The notes beneath the pieces are model-generated. The model saw only the letters and a program-made list of their open reading frames with translations, was not told the DNA's origin and searched no databases. Of a stretch of 35,626 nucleotides of DNA, positions 5,659-15,537 are shown piece after piece. Numbering within the stretch: the stretch's first letter is position 1; every line of letters starts with the position of its first letter. Source of the DNA: a virus (lineage: Duplodnaviria > Caudoviricetes); IMG/VR virus record IMGVR_UViG_3300021375_000088, positions 1 to 35,626 of that record. One strand, written 5' to 3'. Made by a program: the position numbers and the translations under genes.

Positions 5659-6930
5659 ATGAACATTAAGATCCCTTATACTCCCAGAAAACATCAAAGT
5701 TATCTACATCAACAAATTAACAAACATAGATGGAGTGTGCTGGTTTGTCACAGAAGGTTTGGCAAAACAGTATGTATGATAAACCACTTAATCAAATCAG
5801 CATTAATGTGCAAACATAAGAATCCTAGATTTGCTTATATTGCACCCACCTTTAAACAGGCGAAGTCAATCGCTTGGGATTACATGAAACAGTTTACTGC
5901 AAAAATCCCAGCAACAAAGTTTAATGAAACAGAATTAAGAGTAGATCTGCCGAATGGTGCTAGAATAACATTACTAGGAGCTGAGAACTCTGATGGGTTA
6001 AGAGGTATATACCTGGATGGTTGTGTGATCGATGAATACGCAAACATTGAAGGAAAGTTATTTGCAGAGATAATTAGACCAGCTCTATCTGATCGTAAAG
6101 GTTACTGTGTCTTTATTGGCACACCTGCTGGAATGAACAATAACTTTTATGATCTCTACCAACACGCTAATGGAGCAGAAGATTGGTTTAACTATAAAGC
6201 TAAAGCAAGTGATACAAAGATTGTAGATCCAGAAGAATTAGAAAAAGCAAAAGAAGTTATGGGTGAGAAGAAGTACCTACAAGAATTTGAGTGTGATTGG
6301 ATTGCTAACATTGAAGGTGCGATCTATGGAGATGAAATAGCTAAGTTGGATGATAAGAAGCAACTAGCAAGAGTACCCTACGATCCTACTTTGCCTGTCT
6401 CAACTGCATGGGATCTCGGTGTCGCAGACCACAGTAGTATTATATTCTTTCAACAAAAAGGAACAGCAATACAGATAATAGATTACCATGAAGAACGTGG
6501 TCATGGATTACCACACTATATTCAGTTGCTAAACGAAAAACCATACGTTTACAAAGAACATTATGCACCACACGATATTGAAGTACAAGAATTTGGTAAT
6601 GGCAAAACAAGAAGAGAAATAGCTTATCAGTTAGGAATTAGATTTAAGGTAGTACCGAAGTTACCAGTAGAAGAAGGAATCCACGCAGTAACTATGTTGC
6701 TCAACCGATGTTGGATAGATACAGACCATTGCAAAAGTTTGATAGATGCGTTAAGACATTACCACAGGAAGTACATTGACAAAAATAGAATGTTCAGATC
6801 GAAACCTGTACACGATTGGAGTTCTCATGCTTGTGATGCGATGCGTTACTTAGCAGTTGGTCTACAAGAATTAAATACTAGACAAAATGCTCCACAAAGT
6901 GTAGCAGATAATAACTATAGGATTATTTAA
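5659..6930 (+). CDS. terL: Terminase large subunit
   Basis: Walker A HRRFGKT, Walker B VIDE, GTP coupling motif, RNase H WDLG and SHACDAMRY. Confidence 0.97.
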   Translation: MNIKIPYTPRKHQSYLHQQINKHRWSVLVCHRRFGKTVCMINHLIKSALMCKHKNPRFAYIAPTFKQAKSIAWDYMKQFTAKIPATKFNETELRVDLPNGARITLLGAENSDGLRGIYLDGCVIDEYANIEGKLFAEIIRPALSDRKGYCVFIGTPAGMNNNFYDLYQHANGAEDWFNYKAKASDTKIVDPEELEKAKEVMGEKKYLQEFECDWIANIEGAIYGDEIAKLDDKKQLARVPYDPTLPVSTAWDLGVADHSSIIFFQQKGTAIQIIDYHEERGHGLPHYIQLLNEKPYVYKEHYAPHDIEVQEFGNGKTRREIAYQLGIRFKVVPKLPVEEGIHAVTMLLNRCWIDTDHCKSLIDALRHYHRKYIDKNRMFRSKPVHDWSSHACDAMRYLAVGLQELNTRQNAPQSVADNNYRII

Positions 6931-6932
6931 TT

Positions 6933-7151
6933 ATGGGATCAATATTTAAACCAAAAATACCAGCGTTGCCACCTGTGCAACCTTTACCAGAGCCACCAGA
7001 TACAGAACTATCTGAAGCAGAACAAGCAAAGTTAGACGCAGAGTTTGCTGCTAAAGAACGAAGAAGAAAAGGTAGAAAATCAACAATCAAAACTTCTCCA
7101 TTGATTGCTATGGAAGAAGCAGACGTAGAGAAGAAAACATTACTAGGATAA
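6933..7151 (+). CDS. Small virion-associated protein with Pro-rich N-terminus and KTLLG end
   Basis: Position between terL and portal; C-terminal motif shared with 7341-7892. Confidence 0.7.
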   Translation: MGSIFKPKIPALPPVQPLPEPPDTELSEAEQAKLDAEFAAKERRRKGRKSTIKTSPLIAMEEADVEKKTLLG

Positions 7152-7155
7152 TAAT

Positions 7156-7338
7156 ATGTTAGATAAAATTAAAAAAGTATTTAAAAAAGAAAAATCAGAA
7201 ACTAAATCTGTTAAGAAGAAACCATTGTTTGACTTAGGAAATGAATTAGATTCTGGTGTAGGTATTAATGAAACTAAATCAGAATCAAAAAAAGAAGTTA
7301 CAAGTGAAAACAAATCTTCTTTGACATTTGGAAAATAA
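7156..7338 (+). CDS. Hypothetical protein
   Basis: ORF in operon with SD AGGA. Confidence 0.7.
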   Translation: MLDKIKKVFKKEKSETKSVKKKPLFDLGNELDSGVGINETKSESKKEVTSENKSSLTFGK

Positions 7339-7340
7339 TT

Positions 7341-7892
7341 ATGGGATCTAATGGAGCAAGTGGTGGTGGAAGTGCAGATGCACCAAACACAAAAAGATCA
7401 ACATTATCTACAAAGAACCAACAAAAATTATCAGACAGAAACCAAAAAAATAAAACAGAGTTTGGATATAATAAACCAAAATCTGCTTTAGAAAAAGTTG
7501 GAGACTTTGTAAAAACTGGTGGATTTATAGGAGCTGCTGTTAGAGGAGTAACAAAATCTGTAAGAAGAGGAAGAGTTAATACATCATTAATGGGAACTTC
7601 AGACTATCAAGGATCATCAACAAGAAGTAGTGCAACTAATTCTATGAATGATGGAAGAGGTAATAATAATAATGGCAATCAAGTTGTTCAAGCTCCAACA
7701 GTAAAAGCACCAACATCAATAGAAGTTTCTCAAGTTGCACCAGAAGTTACATCAGAAGAAGCAAGAGCATCAGCAAATGAATTAATTTCAAAAAAAAGAA
7801 GAGGTAGAGGAAGATCTTTAATGATTGCAACATCTCCAGAAGGTGTTAAAGATCAAAGCTTAACCTTAAGTCAAAAAACTTTATTAGGATAA
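7341..7892 (+). CDS. Low-complexity probable virion protein ending KTLLG
   Basis: ORF in operon, directly upstream of portal. Confidence 0.75.
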   Translation: MGSNGASGGGSADAPNTKRSTLSTKNQQKLSDRNQKNKTEFGYNKPKSALEKVGDFVKTGGFIGAAVRGVTKSVRRGRVNTSLMGTSDYQGSSTRSSATNSMNDGRGNNNNGNQVVQAPTVKAPTSIEVSQVAPEVTSEEARASANELISKKRRGRGRSLMIATSPEGVKDQSLTLSQKTLLG

Positions 7893-7893
7893 T

Positions 7894-9522
7894 ATGCAAA
7901 CAGATTTAGCAAAAACATTATTAAAAAGATTTGATCGCTTAAAATCAAATAGACAAAACTGGGAAAGTCATTGGCAAGAAGTTGCAGACTATATGCAACC
8001 AAGAAAAGCTGATGTAACTAAAACAAGATCTAAAGGTGATAAGAGAACAGAACTTATTTTTGATAGTTCACCATTACAAGCAGTAGAATTATTAGCTGCT
8101 TCACTTCATGGTATGTTGACGAACCCTGCTACTACTTGGTTCTCATTAAGATTTAAAGGTGGAGAGTTTGAAGATAACGATGAAGCAAAAGCTTGGTTGG
8201 AAGATGCTACTGAAGTTATGTACAACGCAATTAACAAGTCTAATTTTCAACAAGAAATATTTGAACTGTACCATGATCTAATTACATTTGGTACTGCAGC
8301 AATGTTTATTGAAGAAGATGCAGAAGATACATTAAAATATTCTACAAGACATATTAATGAAATGTATATTTCAGAAAATGATAAAGGTAGAATAGATACA
8401 ATATTTAGAAAGTTTAGATTAACAGCTAGAGCTGCAATACAAAAATTTGGTGTTAATGTTTCTGATAACATTGTAACTGTAAATAGAAAAGATCCATATG
8501 AAGAAATAGAAATACTTCACGCAATATATCCAAGATCTGATTTTAATCCTAAGAAAAAAGATAAAGCTAATATGCCTTTTGAATCTGTTTATTTAGAAGC
8601 TGGAACAGGTGATGAGTTATCTGTATCTGGATTTAAAGAGTTTCCTTTTGTAGTACCAAGATACTTAAAAGCATCACACGAAATTTATGGTAGATCTCCA
8701 GCAATGACAGCATTACCAGATGTTAAGATGTTAAATGAAATGTCTAAAACTACAATCAAGTCTGCACAAAAACAAGTTGACCCACCTTTATTAGTTCCAG
8801 ATGATGGATTTATTTTACCAGTAAGAACTGTTCCTGGTGGATTAAATTTTTATAGATCTGGTACTAGAGATAGAATTGAACCATTAAACATTGGTGCGAA
8901 CACTCCATTAGGTTTAAACATGGAAGAGCAAAGAAGAGATTCAATTAGAAATGCTTTCTATGTAAATCAATTAATGATGCAGAGTGGTCCACAAATGACA
9001 GCAACAGAAGTTATCCAACGTAACGAAGAGAAGATGAGATTACTTGGTCCAGTATTAGGTAGACTACAATCAGAATTATTAAAACCATTAATCGATAGAA
9101 CTTTTGCATTACTACTTAGAAAAAATTTATTTAGACCAGCACCAGACTTTTTATCTGGTCAAGATATAGAAATTGAATATGTATCTCCATTAGCTAAAGC
9201 ACAAAAATCTGCAGAGCTACAATCTATTATGAGAGGTATAGAAATATTAGGATCACTTGCAAATGTTGCTCCAGTATTCGATCATGTTAATATGGATAAA
9301 CTTGTTAAACATTTAATGGATGTTGTAGGTGTTCCACAAAAAGTTTTAAAAACTCAAAATGAAGTTCAAGCTAAAAGAGAACAAGATCAACAACAACAAG
9401 CACAACAACAACAAATGGCACAAATGCAACAAGTTGCTGAATCTGCTGGAGCTGCTGCACCAATGGCAAAAGCATTACCAGAAGAAGCACAAGCGTTAGC
9501 TAATGCTGAAATTGAAGAATAA
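7894..9522 (+). CDS. Portal (head-tail connector) protein
   Basis: YGRSPAM..L.D, MTATEV, LGPVLGRLQSELLKPLIDR, EYVSPLA motifs of T7 gp8/BPP-1-like portals. Confidence 0.96.
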   Translation: MQTDLAKTLLKRFDRLKSNRQNWESHWQEVADYMQPRKADVTKTRSKGDKRTELIFDSSPLQAVELLAASLHGMLTNPATTWFSLRFKGGEFEDNDEAKAWLEDATEVMYNAINKSNFQQEIFELYHDLITFGTAAMFIEEDAEDTLKYSTRHINEMYISENDKGRIDTIFRKFRLTARAAIQKFGVNVSDNIVTVNRKDPYEEIEILHAIYPRSDFNPKKKDKANMPFESVYLEAGTGDELSVSGFKEFPFVVPRYLKASHEIYGRSPAMTALPDVKMLNEMSKTTIKSAQKQVDPPLLVPDDGFILPVRTVPGGLNFYRSGTRDRIEPLNIGANTPLGLNMEEQRRDSIRNAFYVNQLMMQSGPQMTATEVIQRNEEKMRLLGPVLGRLQSELLKPLIDRTFALLLRKNLFRPAPDFLSGQDIEIEYVSPLAKAQKSAELQSIMRGIEILGSLANVAPVFDHVNMDKLVKHLMDVVGVPQKVLKTQNEVQAKREQDQQQQAQQQQMAQMQQVAESAGAAAPMAKALPEEAQALANAEIEE

Positions 9523-9543
9523 TAAAAAAACAAAAGGATAGAT

Positions 9544-9765
9544 ATGCAAGACGAAAAAGCAGTACAAGCTTATATAAAAAAATTACAAGAAAATTATAAA
9601 CATATTTTTACATCAGATGAAGGTAAGGAAGTTTTATCTGATCTAGAAAAAAGATGTCATTATCATTCTACTACCAATGTTAAAGGTGATAGCCATGAGA
9701 GTGCATATATGGAAGGTCAACGAAGCATCCTTCTATTTATTAAACAAATGCTTCAAACCAAATAA
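9544..9765 (+). CDS. Bbp19-like protein
   Basis: F.S.EGK.VL.DL...C and AY.EGQRS motifs; lies between portal and scaffold. Confidence 0.75.
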   Translation: MQDEKAVQAYIKKLQENYKHIFTSDEGKEVLSDLEKRCHYHSTTNVKGDSHESAYMEGQRSILLFIKQMLQTK

Positions 9766-9776
9766 GGATAACAACT

Positions 9777-10631
9777 ATGTCAGAAGAACAGACAACTCAA
9801 ACAACTGAGCCTGTAGCAGAGACAACACAAACTACAGAACCAGTTGCACCAACTATAGCAACAACAAATAATTCAACACCTTCAACTTGGAAAGATTCAA
9901 TTTCACAAGAGTTTAGAGAAGATCCAAACATTTCTAAATTTACTGAAATAGATGCGTTAGCTAAAAGCTATATCAACGCAACTAGAATGATTGGTCAAGA
10001 TAAAGTTGCTGTACCAAATCAAAACTCAACAGACGATCAATGGAGTGAAGTTTATGATAAACTTGGCAGACCAGAATCTCCAGATAAATATAAACTAGAT
10101 GTAAAATCTGAAGTAGTTCCATTAGATGATGGTACAATTAAATCGTTTGCAGAAAATGCTCACAAGCTAGGTTTAAATAATAAACAGGCTCAAGGTATCC
10201 TAGAATATTATAAAAATTCTATGGAAAGTTCTGAGCAACAAGCAAGAATAGATACAGAAACTGCACAAGCAAATGCAGAAGCTGAACTCAGAAAAGAATG
10301 GGGTAGATCTTTTGATGAGAATTTAAAAAAAGCTGCAGGAGTTGCTAAAGCAAACATGGATGAAAAAATACTAAACATGGAACTAAAAGATGGTACTCGT
10401 TTAGGAGATCATCCTTCAGTTATTAAAGGTTTTGCAAACATTGCTAATCTTATGTCTGAAGATAAAATGATTGGTACTGCAGAAGAAAACTCAACATCTG
10501 GAAGAGACTACCAAAGTGAAATTAGTTCTATTGTTAATGATAGAGATGGTCCATATTGGAATAAAGCTCATCCAGAACATGATAAGGTGGTTCAACAAGT
10601 ATTTACTTTGAGAACAATGCTTAATGAATAA
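9777..10631 (+). CDS. Capsid assembly/scaffolding protein
   Basis: KLGRPESPDKY, L.KEWG, HPEH motifs; acidic; upstream of MCP. Confidence 0.85.
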   Translation: MSEEQTTQTTEPVAETTQTTEPVAPTIATTNNSTPSTWKDSISQEFREDPNISKFTEIDALAKSYINATRMIGQDKVAVPNQNSTDDQWSEVYDKLGRPESPDKYKLDVKSEVVPLDDGTIKSFAENAHKLGLNNKQAQGILEYYKNSMESSEQQARIDTETAQANAEAELRKEWGRSFDENLKKAAGVAKANMDEKILNMELKDGTRLGDHPSVIKGFANIANLMSEDKMIGTAEENSTSGRDYQSEISSIVNDRDGPYWNKAHPEHDKVVQQVFTLRTMLNE

Positions 10632-10806
10632 AGAAGAAATAAGATTAGAAATATTAAGAATGGTATTGGAAAGTGGATCAGAAAAAATAAAATCTGATCC
10701 CTTGCCAAGCTGTGAAAAATATTATACATGGGTTTCTAAGACGAATGAAAATTCGTCTAAGAAAAGTAAGACAATTCGTAAGAACCTTACTGACAACAAG
10801 GAATAG
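10624..10806 (+). CDS. Hypothetical protein
   Basis: ORF coupled to the scaffold gene; 3' part overlaps RNA hairpins. Confidence 0.6.
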   Translation: MNKEEIRLEILRMVLESGSEKIKSDPLPSCEKYYTWVSKTNENSSKKSKTIRKNLTDNKE

Positions 10807-10865
10807 ACTTGTAGTCTAAAAGACTTTAAATCCAAGAGAAGCCAGGTTTTCTGAGAACGTCTCTG
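10733..10865 (+). promoter_or_regulatory. Structured RNA leader upstream of MCP
   Basis: Abutting hairpins with GAAA and GUAA (GNRA) tetraloops plus two further stems. Confidence 0.5.
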
Positions 10866-10906
10866 TTTTGTTTTAACATTAACTTAACAATAATAGGAGA
10901 CATAAT

Positions 10907-11770
10907 ATGTCAACTGAAATAACAAAAGCATTTGTAGAACAATATAGTTCAAACATACAAATGTTATCACAACAAAAAGGTTCTCTTCTTAGAGATAAAG
11001 TAAGATTAGAATCTGTAACTGGTAAGAACGCATTCTTCGATCAAATCGGAAGCGTTACTGCTACAGTAAGATCAACTAGACACTCAGACACTCCACAAGC
11101 TGATACTCCTCACTCAAGAAGAAGAGTTAGCTTAGTAGACTATGAGTTTGCAGATCTTGTTGATGATCTAGATAAAGTAAGAATGTTAGTAGATCCTACT
11201 TCTAGCTATGCACAAGCTGCTGCTTATGCAATGGGTAGAGCTATGGATGATGCAATCATCGCTGCTGCAATCGGTTCATCTGACACAGGTGTTGCTGGTG
11301 GTACTGCTGTTGCTTTACCTGCTGGTCAAAAAATCGTTGAATCTGGAACTGCTGGTTTAACTATCGCTAAATTAAGACAAGCGAAAGAAATCATAGATCT
11401 AGCTGACGTTGATCCTTCACTACCGAGACACATCATCGTATCTCCAAAACAGATCTCTGATCTATTAGGAACTACTGAAGTGACTTCAAGTGATTTCAAC
11501 ACAGTAAAAGCATTAGCATCTGGTGATGTTAATTCTTTCTTAGGTTTCAACTTCTGTGTAACTAACAGACTAGCTATTGCTTCAAGCAAAAGAAAATGTA
11601 TCGCTTTCGTATCTGATGGTGTTGCATTAGCTGTTGGTAAAGATTCTACTGCTAGAATCGATGAGAGATCTGATAAAGGCTACGCAACTCAGGTTTACTA
11701 TTCTGCTGCATTCGGTGCAACTAGAATGGAAGAAGCTAAGGTTGTAGAAGTACAGGCTCACGAAGCATAG
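10907..11770 (+). CDS. Major capsid protein
   Basis: QQKGSLLR, DTPHSRR, AMGRAMDD.II, GATRMEE motifs; strong SD AGGAG. Confidence 0.95.
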   Translation: MSTEITKAFVEQYSSNIQMLSQQKGSLLRDKVRLESVTGKNAFFDQIGSVTATVRSTRHSDTPQADTPHSRRRVSLVDYEFADLVDDLDKVRMLVDPTSSYAQAAAYAMGRAMDDAIIAAAIGSSDTGVAGGTAVALPAGQKIVESGTAGLTIAKLRQAKEIIDLADVDPSLPRHIIVSPKQISDLLGTTEVTSSDFNTVKALASGDVNSFLGFNFCVTNRLAIASSKRKCIAFVSDGVALAVGKDSTARIDERSDKGYATQVYYSAAFGATRMEEAKVVEVQAHEA

Positions 11771-11781
11771 TAAATAAATTT

Positions 11782-11813
11782 TAGGGGGTGGAAGCGAGAG
11801 TGGAAACCCCCTA
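11782..11813 (+). other. GC-rich stem-loop after MCP (attenuator or processing/stabilising structure)
   Basis: TAGGGGGT/ACCCCCTA stem, GGAA/GGAA internal loop, GAGA tetraloop; no U-tract. Confidence 0.65.
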
Positions 11814-11819
11814 GAGTGC

Positions 11820-12020
11820 ATGAAACAAATAAAAGAATTAAAAACAGTATTACATTTTAAAAAGGGAGATCATGTCTACAGATATGTGTTGGTAGATAGA
11901 TTTAAGAATGATGGTAAAAATCATTATGGTTTTGACACAAAAGAAGGTAGAACAACAGAAGAAATATTTGCGTTAGAAAAAGATAGACAAATAAGACGTA
12001 AGTATATTATAAGGAAGTAA
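11820..12020 (+). CDS. Hypothetical protein
   Basis: ORF in operon. Confidence 0.7.
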   Translation: MKQIKELKTVLHFKKGDHVYRYVLVDRFKNDGKNHYGFDTKEGRTTEEIFALEKDRQIRRKYIIRK

Positions 12021-12021
12021 T

Positions 12022-12603
12022 ATGGCATCAGTAGTAGATATTTGTAATGGAGCATTAAACCAACTTGGTGCATCAACAATCTTAACACTTACAGAAGATT
12101 CAAAAAACGCAAGACTTTGCAACGCAAGATACACACAAGTTAGAGATAGTTTATTTAGATCTCATCTTTGGAATTGTTTAACTAAAAGAGTTGAACTTGC
12201 AAAAGATACTGAAACTCCTTCTTGGGGTTTTTCATATCAGTTTACTTTACCTGCAGATTGTTTGAGAGTAGTTACAATTTTAAATTATGATTATGATTAT
12301 AAAGTTGAAGGTAGAAAAATTTTAGCAAATCATGGTACATTAAAAATTCAATACATAGCTAGAATAGAAGATCCTAATCAGTATGATGAATTATTAAGAG
12401 AAACTATTTCAGCATCATTAGCAGCAGATATTGCTTATGCTGTAACTTCATCTAATCCTACTACGCAAAATATGTATAATTTATTTCAAGACAAATTAAG
12501 AGAAGCAAGATTCGTAGACGCAACTGAAGGTCAAAGTACAAATCCAGACAATGGTCAATCAGATGTTATTGGATCTTCTTCGTTCATAAACTCAAGGTAC
12601 TAA
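12022..12603 (+). CDS. Tail tubular protein A (T7 gp11-like adaptor)
   Basis: ICN.AL..LG, HLWN, LPADCLRV motifs; synteny. Confidence 0.88.
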   Translation: MASVVDICNGALNQLGASTILTLTEDSKNARLCNARYTQVRDSLFRSHLWNCLTKRVELAKDTETPSWGFSYQFTLPADCLRVVTILNYDYDYKVEGRKILANHGTLKIQYIARIEDPNQYDELLRETISASLAADIAYAVTSSNPTTQNMYNLFQDKLREARFVDATEGQSTNPDNGQSDVIGSSSFINSRY

Positions 12604-12606
12604 CCT

Positions 12607-14634
12607 ATGGGTAGAGTTGCTGTTCAGCTAACCAATTTTACTGGTGGTGAATTATCACCAAGATTAGATGGTAGAAATGATTTAGCTAAATATAATTCTG
12701 GATGTAAAACTTTAGAGAACATGATTGTATATCCTCATGGTTCAGCATCAAGAAGATCTGGTACACAGTTTGTTGCAGAAGTAAAAGATAGCACAAAAAA
12801 AACTAGATTAATTTCTTTTGAATTTTCAACAGTACAAACTTACATTCTTGAGTTTGGAGATCAATACATTAGATTTTATAAAGACAATGGTCAGATATTA
12901 TCTGGTGGTTCAGCTTATGAAATAGCTTCACCTTTTTTAGAAGCAGAACTATTTGATATTAAGTTTGCTCAATCTGCAGACACTATGTACATAACTCATC
13001 CAAATCACCATCCTAGAAAACTAACTAGAACTGGTCATACTAACTGGGTATTAACTAATGACGTTATAATTAATGGACCATTCATGGATCACAATGTAGA
13101 AACTACAACAGCAACACCATCACATAAAATAGTTGGTGCAACAACAACTGTAACTTTTTCATCAACAACAGGTATAAATGTTAATCAAGGTTTTTTATCT
13201 ACAGATGTTGGTAGACTACTTCATATTAAAGATGGTCATTTAAAAATAACAAGTGTTACCTCTACTACTATTGTAGTTGGAACAGTAATTATAGACTTAG
13301 GAATTACTACTCCTACTACAGATTTTGCTTTAGGATCATTTTCAGATACTACAGGTTATCCATCTTGTGTTACTTTCTTTGAACAACGATTAGTATTTGC
13401 TGCAACTAAAACTCAACCACAAACTATATTTTTTTCAAGATCTGCAGACTACGAAAACTTTGATGATAAGTATCACGAAACAGTAGCTGATGATGATGCT
13501 ATTGTTTATACTATTGCGTCAAACCAAGTTAATGCAATTAGATTTTTAACAGCAACTAGAACATTAATTATAGGTACAGCAGGTGGTGAGTTTGCAGTTA
13601 ATGGTGGTGGTACAGGAGAAGCTATTACACCAACAAATATTTTAATTAACAAACAATCAAATCATGGTGCAGCAAATGTAGATGGTATTGCTGTAGGTAA
13701 CGCAACATTATTTTTACAACGTGCTAAAAGAAAAATTAGAGAACTAGCATATAATTTTGATGTTGATGGTTATGTTGCTCCAGACTTAACTATTCTTTCA
13801 GAACACATTACTGAATCTGGTATTACACAAATGGCATACCAAGAAGAACCTAATAGTATTATATGGTGCGTTAGAACTGATGGTCAACTTTTAGGATTTA
13901 CTTATCAAAGAGAACAACAAGTAACTGCCTGGCATAGACATATATTTGGTGGATCATTTAGTAGTGGTAACGCAGTATGTGAAAGTGTTGAAGTATTACC
14001 AACAGATAATTCAGAGTATCAAGTTTGGGTTATTATAAAAAGAACAATCAATGGTGCTACAAAAAGATATGTAGAGTATTTACATAATTTAGATTTTGAT
14101 GAAACAGATGATACATCATTTAATTATTTAGATTCTCAATTAGCTTATAATGGATCTGCAACAACAACTATATCTGGTTTAGATCATCTTGAAGGTCAAA
14201 CAGTATCTGTACTTGCAGATGGTGCGACACATCCAAATAAAACTGTAAGTTCTGGTGCAATTACATTGGATAGATCATCTACAAAAGTTAAAGTTGGTTT
14301 ACCTTATGTATCTTTATTACAAACAATGAGAATAGATGCTGGTGCAGATAATGGTACATCACAAAGTAAAACTAAAAGAATTTATGAAATTACTGCTAGA
14401 CTTTATGAAAGTATTGGTATTGAGATTGGTCCAGATCTAGACAACATGGAACGAATACCATTTAGATCTTCAGCTAATCCTATGGATAGTGGTGTTAATG
14501 TATTTACAGGAGATAAAGAAATAGAATTTAGAGGAAATTATGAGACAGATGGTTTTATAGTTGTTAGACAAACACAACCCTTACCTTTGACTATATTATC
14601 ATTATATCCTAAACTTCAAACAAACGATGGATAG
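12607..14634 (+). CDS. Tail tubular protein B (T7 gp12-like nozzle)
   Basis: NFTGGELSPRL, FAQSAD, YPSCVTFFEQRL, AWHRH motifs. Confidence 0.9.
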   Translation: MGRVAVQLTNFTGGELSPRLDGRNDLAKYNSGCKTLENMIVYPHGSASRRSGTQFVAEVKDSTKKTRLISFEFSTVQTYILEFGDQYIRFYKDNGQILSGGSAYEIASPFLEAELFDIKFAQSADTMYITHPNHHPRKLTRTGHTNWVLTNDVIINGPFMDHNVETTTATPSHKIVGATTTVTFSSTTGINVNQGFLSTDVGRLLHIKDGHLKITSVTSTTIVVGTVIIDLGITTPTTDFALGSFSDTTGYPSCVTFFEQRLVFAATKTQPQTIFFSRSADYENFDDKYHETVADDDAIVYTIASNQVNAIRFLTATRTLIIGTAGGEFAVNGGGTGEAITPTNILINKQSNHGAANVDGIAVGNATLFLQRAKRKIRELAYNFDVDGYVAPDLTILSEHITESGITQMAYQEEPNSIIWCVRTDGQLLGFTYQREQQVTAWHRHIFGGSFSSGNAVCESVEVLPTDNSEYQVWVIIKRTINGATKRYVEYLHNLDFDETDDTSFNYLDSQLAYNGSATTTISGLDHLEGQTVSVLADGATHPNKTVSSGAITLDRSSTKVKVGLPYVSLLQTMRIDAGADNGTSQSKTKRIYEITARLYESIGIEIGPDLDNMERIPFRSSANPMDSGVNVFTGDKEIEFRGNYETDGFIVVRQTQPLPLTILSLYPKLQTNDG

Positions 14635-15079
14635 AATATTAAATATTGTCAAATATAAAGGTGAACATGGTAAATTTATAATGAAACAACAAATGAACCA
14701 TGTATTGATGGATAAAGATATGGAGTTTGAAGGTAACGCAATGAATTTAGAACAAGATAATTTAGCATTTACAGGTATGATTGATGGCAAACCTATTTTT
14801 GCTGCAGGTATGAAAATAATTTGGAATGGTGTTGCAGAAGGTTGGGTGTTAGCTACTAATGAAACTTTAAATCATCCTTTGCTTGTAGCTCGTGCTATTA
14901 AAAAAGACTTTGCAAGAATTGCTAAAGAAAATAATATCAATAGAGTTCAAAGTGCTATAAGAGCTAACTATACAACTGGTTTAAAATTTGCTAAATGGTT
15001 AGGATTAGAGGAAGAAGGATTAATGAAAAAATTTGGTTTTGATGGTTCAGATCAATATATGTATGCGAGGTTATTCTAA
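14627..15079 (+). CDS. GNAT-fold protein (T7 gp13-like)
   Basis: GVAEGW, KFAKWLGLEEEG.M..FG.DG motifs; synteny. Confidence 0.75.
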   Translation: MDRILNIVKYKGEHGKFIMKQQMNHVLMDKDMEFEGNAMNLEQDNLAFTGMIDGKPIFAAGMKIIWNGVAEGWVLATNETLNHPLLVARAIKKDFARIAKENNINRVQSAIRANYTTGLKFAKWLGLEEEGLMKKFGFDGSDQYMYARLF

Positions 15080-15537
15080 TGGGATGGCAAGCAGCAGTAG
15101 TTGGAGCAATGGGTGTTGCTCAATACAAATCTCAAGGTGCTATTGGAGACTTTAATGAAGCTGTTAATGACAGAAACGCAAAAGTTTTAGAACAACAAGC
15201 TACAGCAATAGAAAGAAAAACAGAATTTGATTTAAAACAATTTGATAAAGAGTTTATAAAATTAAGAGGTCAAACTGTAGTTGCAACTGCAAAGTCTGGT
15301 GCTACTTATGGTGGATCTGCTTTAAGAGTTGCTAGATCAAATGAAAAAGAAAAAATACTACAAGAAAATTTAATAAAATATAATTCTAAAATGGCAGTAG
15401 CTAATAAAATTGAACAAGCTAGTTTTGCTAGAATCAAAGGTGATATGGCACAACAATCTGCAAAATTTGCTCAAATACAAACAATAGCTTCAACAGGTAC
15501 ATCATTACTAACTATGTCTAAAGGAACAACAGTATAA
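15079..15537 (+). CDS. Internal virion/ejection protein (gp14-like)
   Basis: Ala/Gly-rich hydrophobic N-terminus, AKSG...GGS; synteny. Confidence 0.7.
   Translation: MGWQAAVVGAMGVAQYKSQGAIGDFNEAVNDRNAKVLEQQATAIERKTEFDLKQFDKEFIKLRGQTVVATAKSGATYGGSALRVARSNEKEKILQENLIKYNSKMAVANKIEQASFARIKGDMAQQSAKFAQIQTIASTGTSLLTMSKGTTV

Noticed and set aside
9789-9850. Tandem TTQTTEPVA repeat in the scaffold N-terminus
   Set aside because: Ordinary low-complexity duplication with synonymous divergence
11760-11775. T7 10B-like capsid frameshift or readthrough
   Set aside because: Double stop TAG TAA and no slippery site or extended frame
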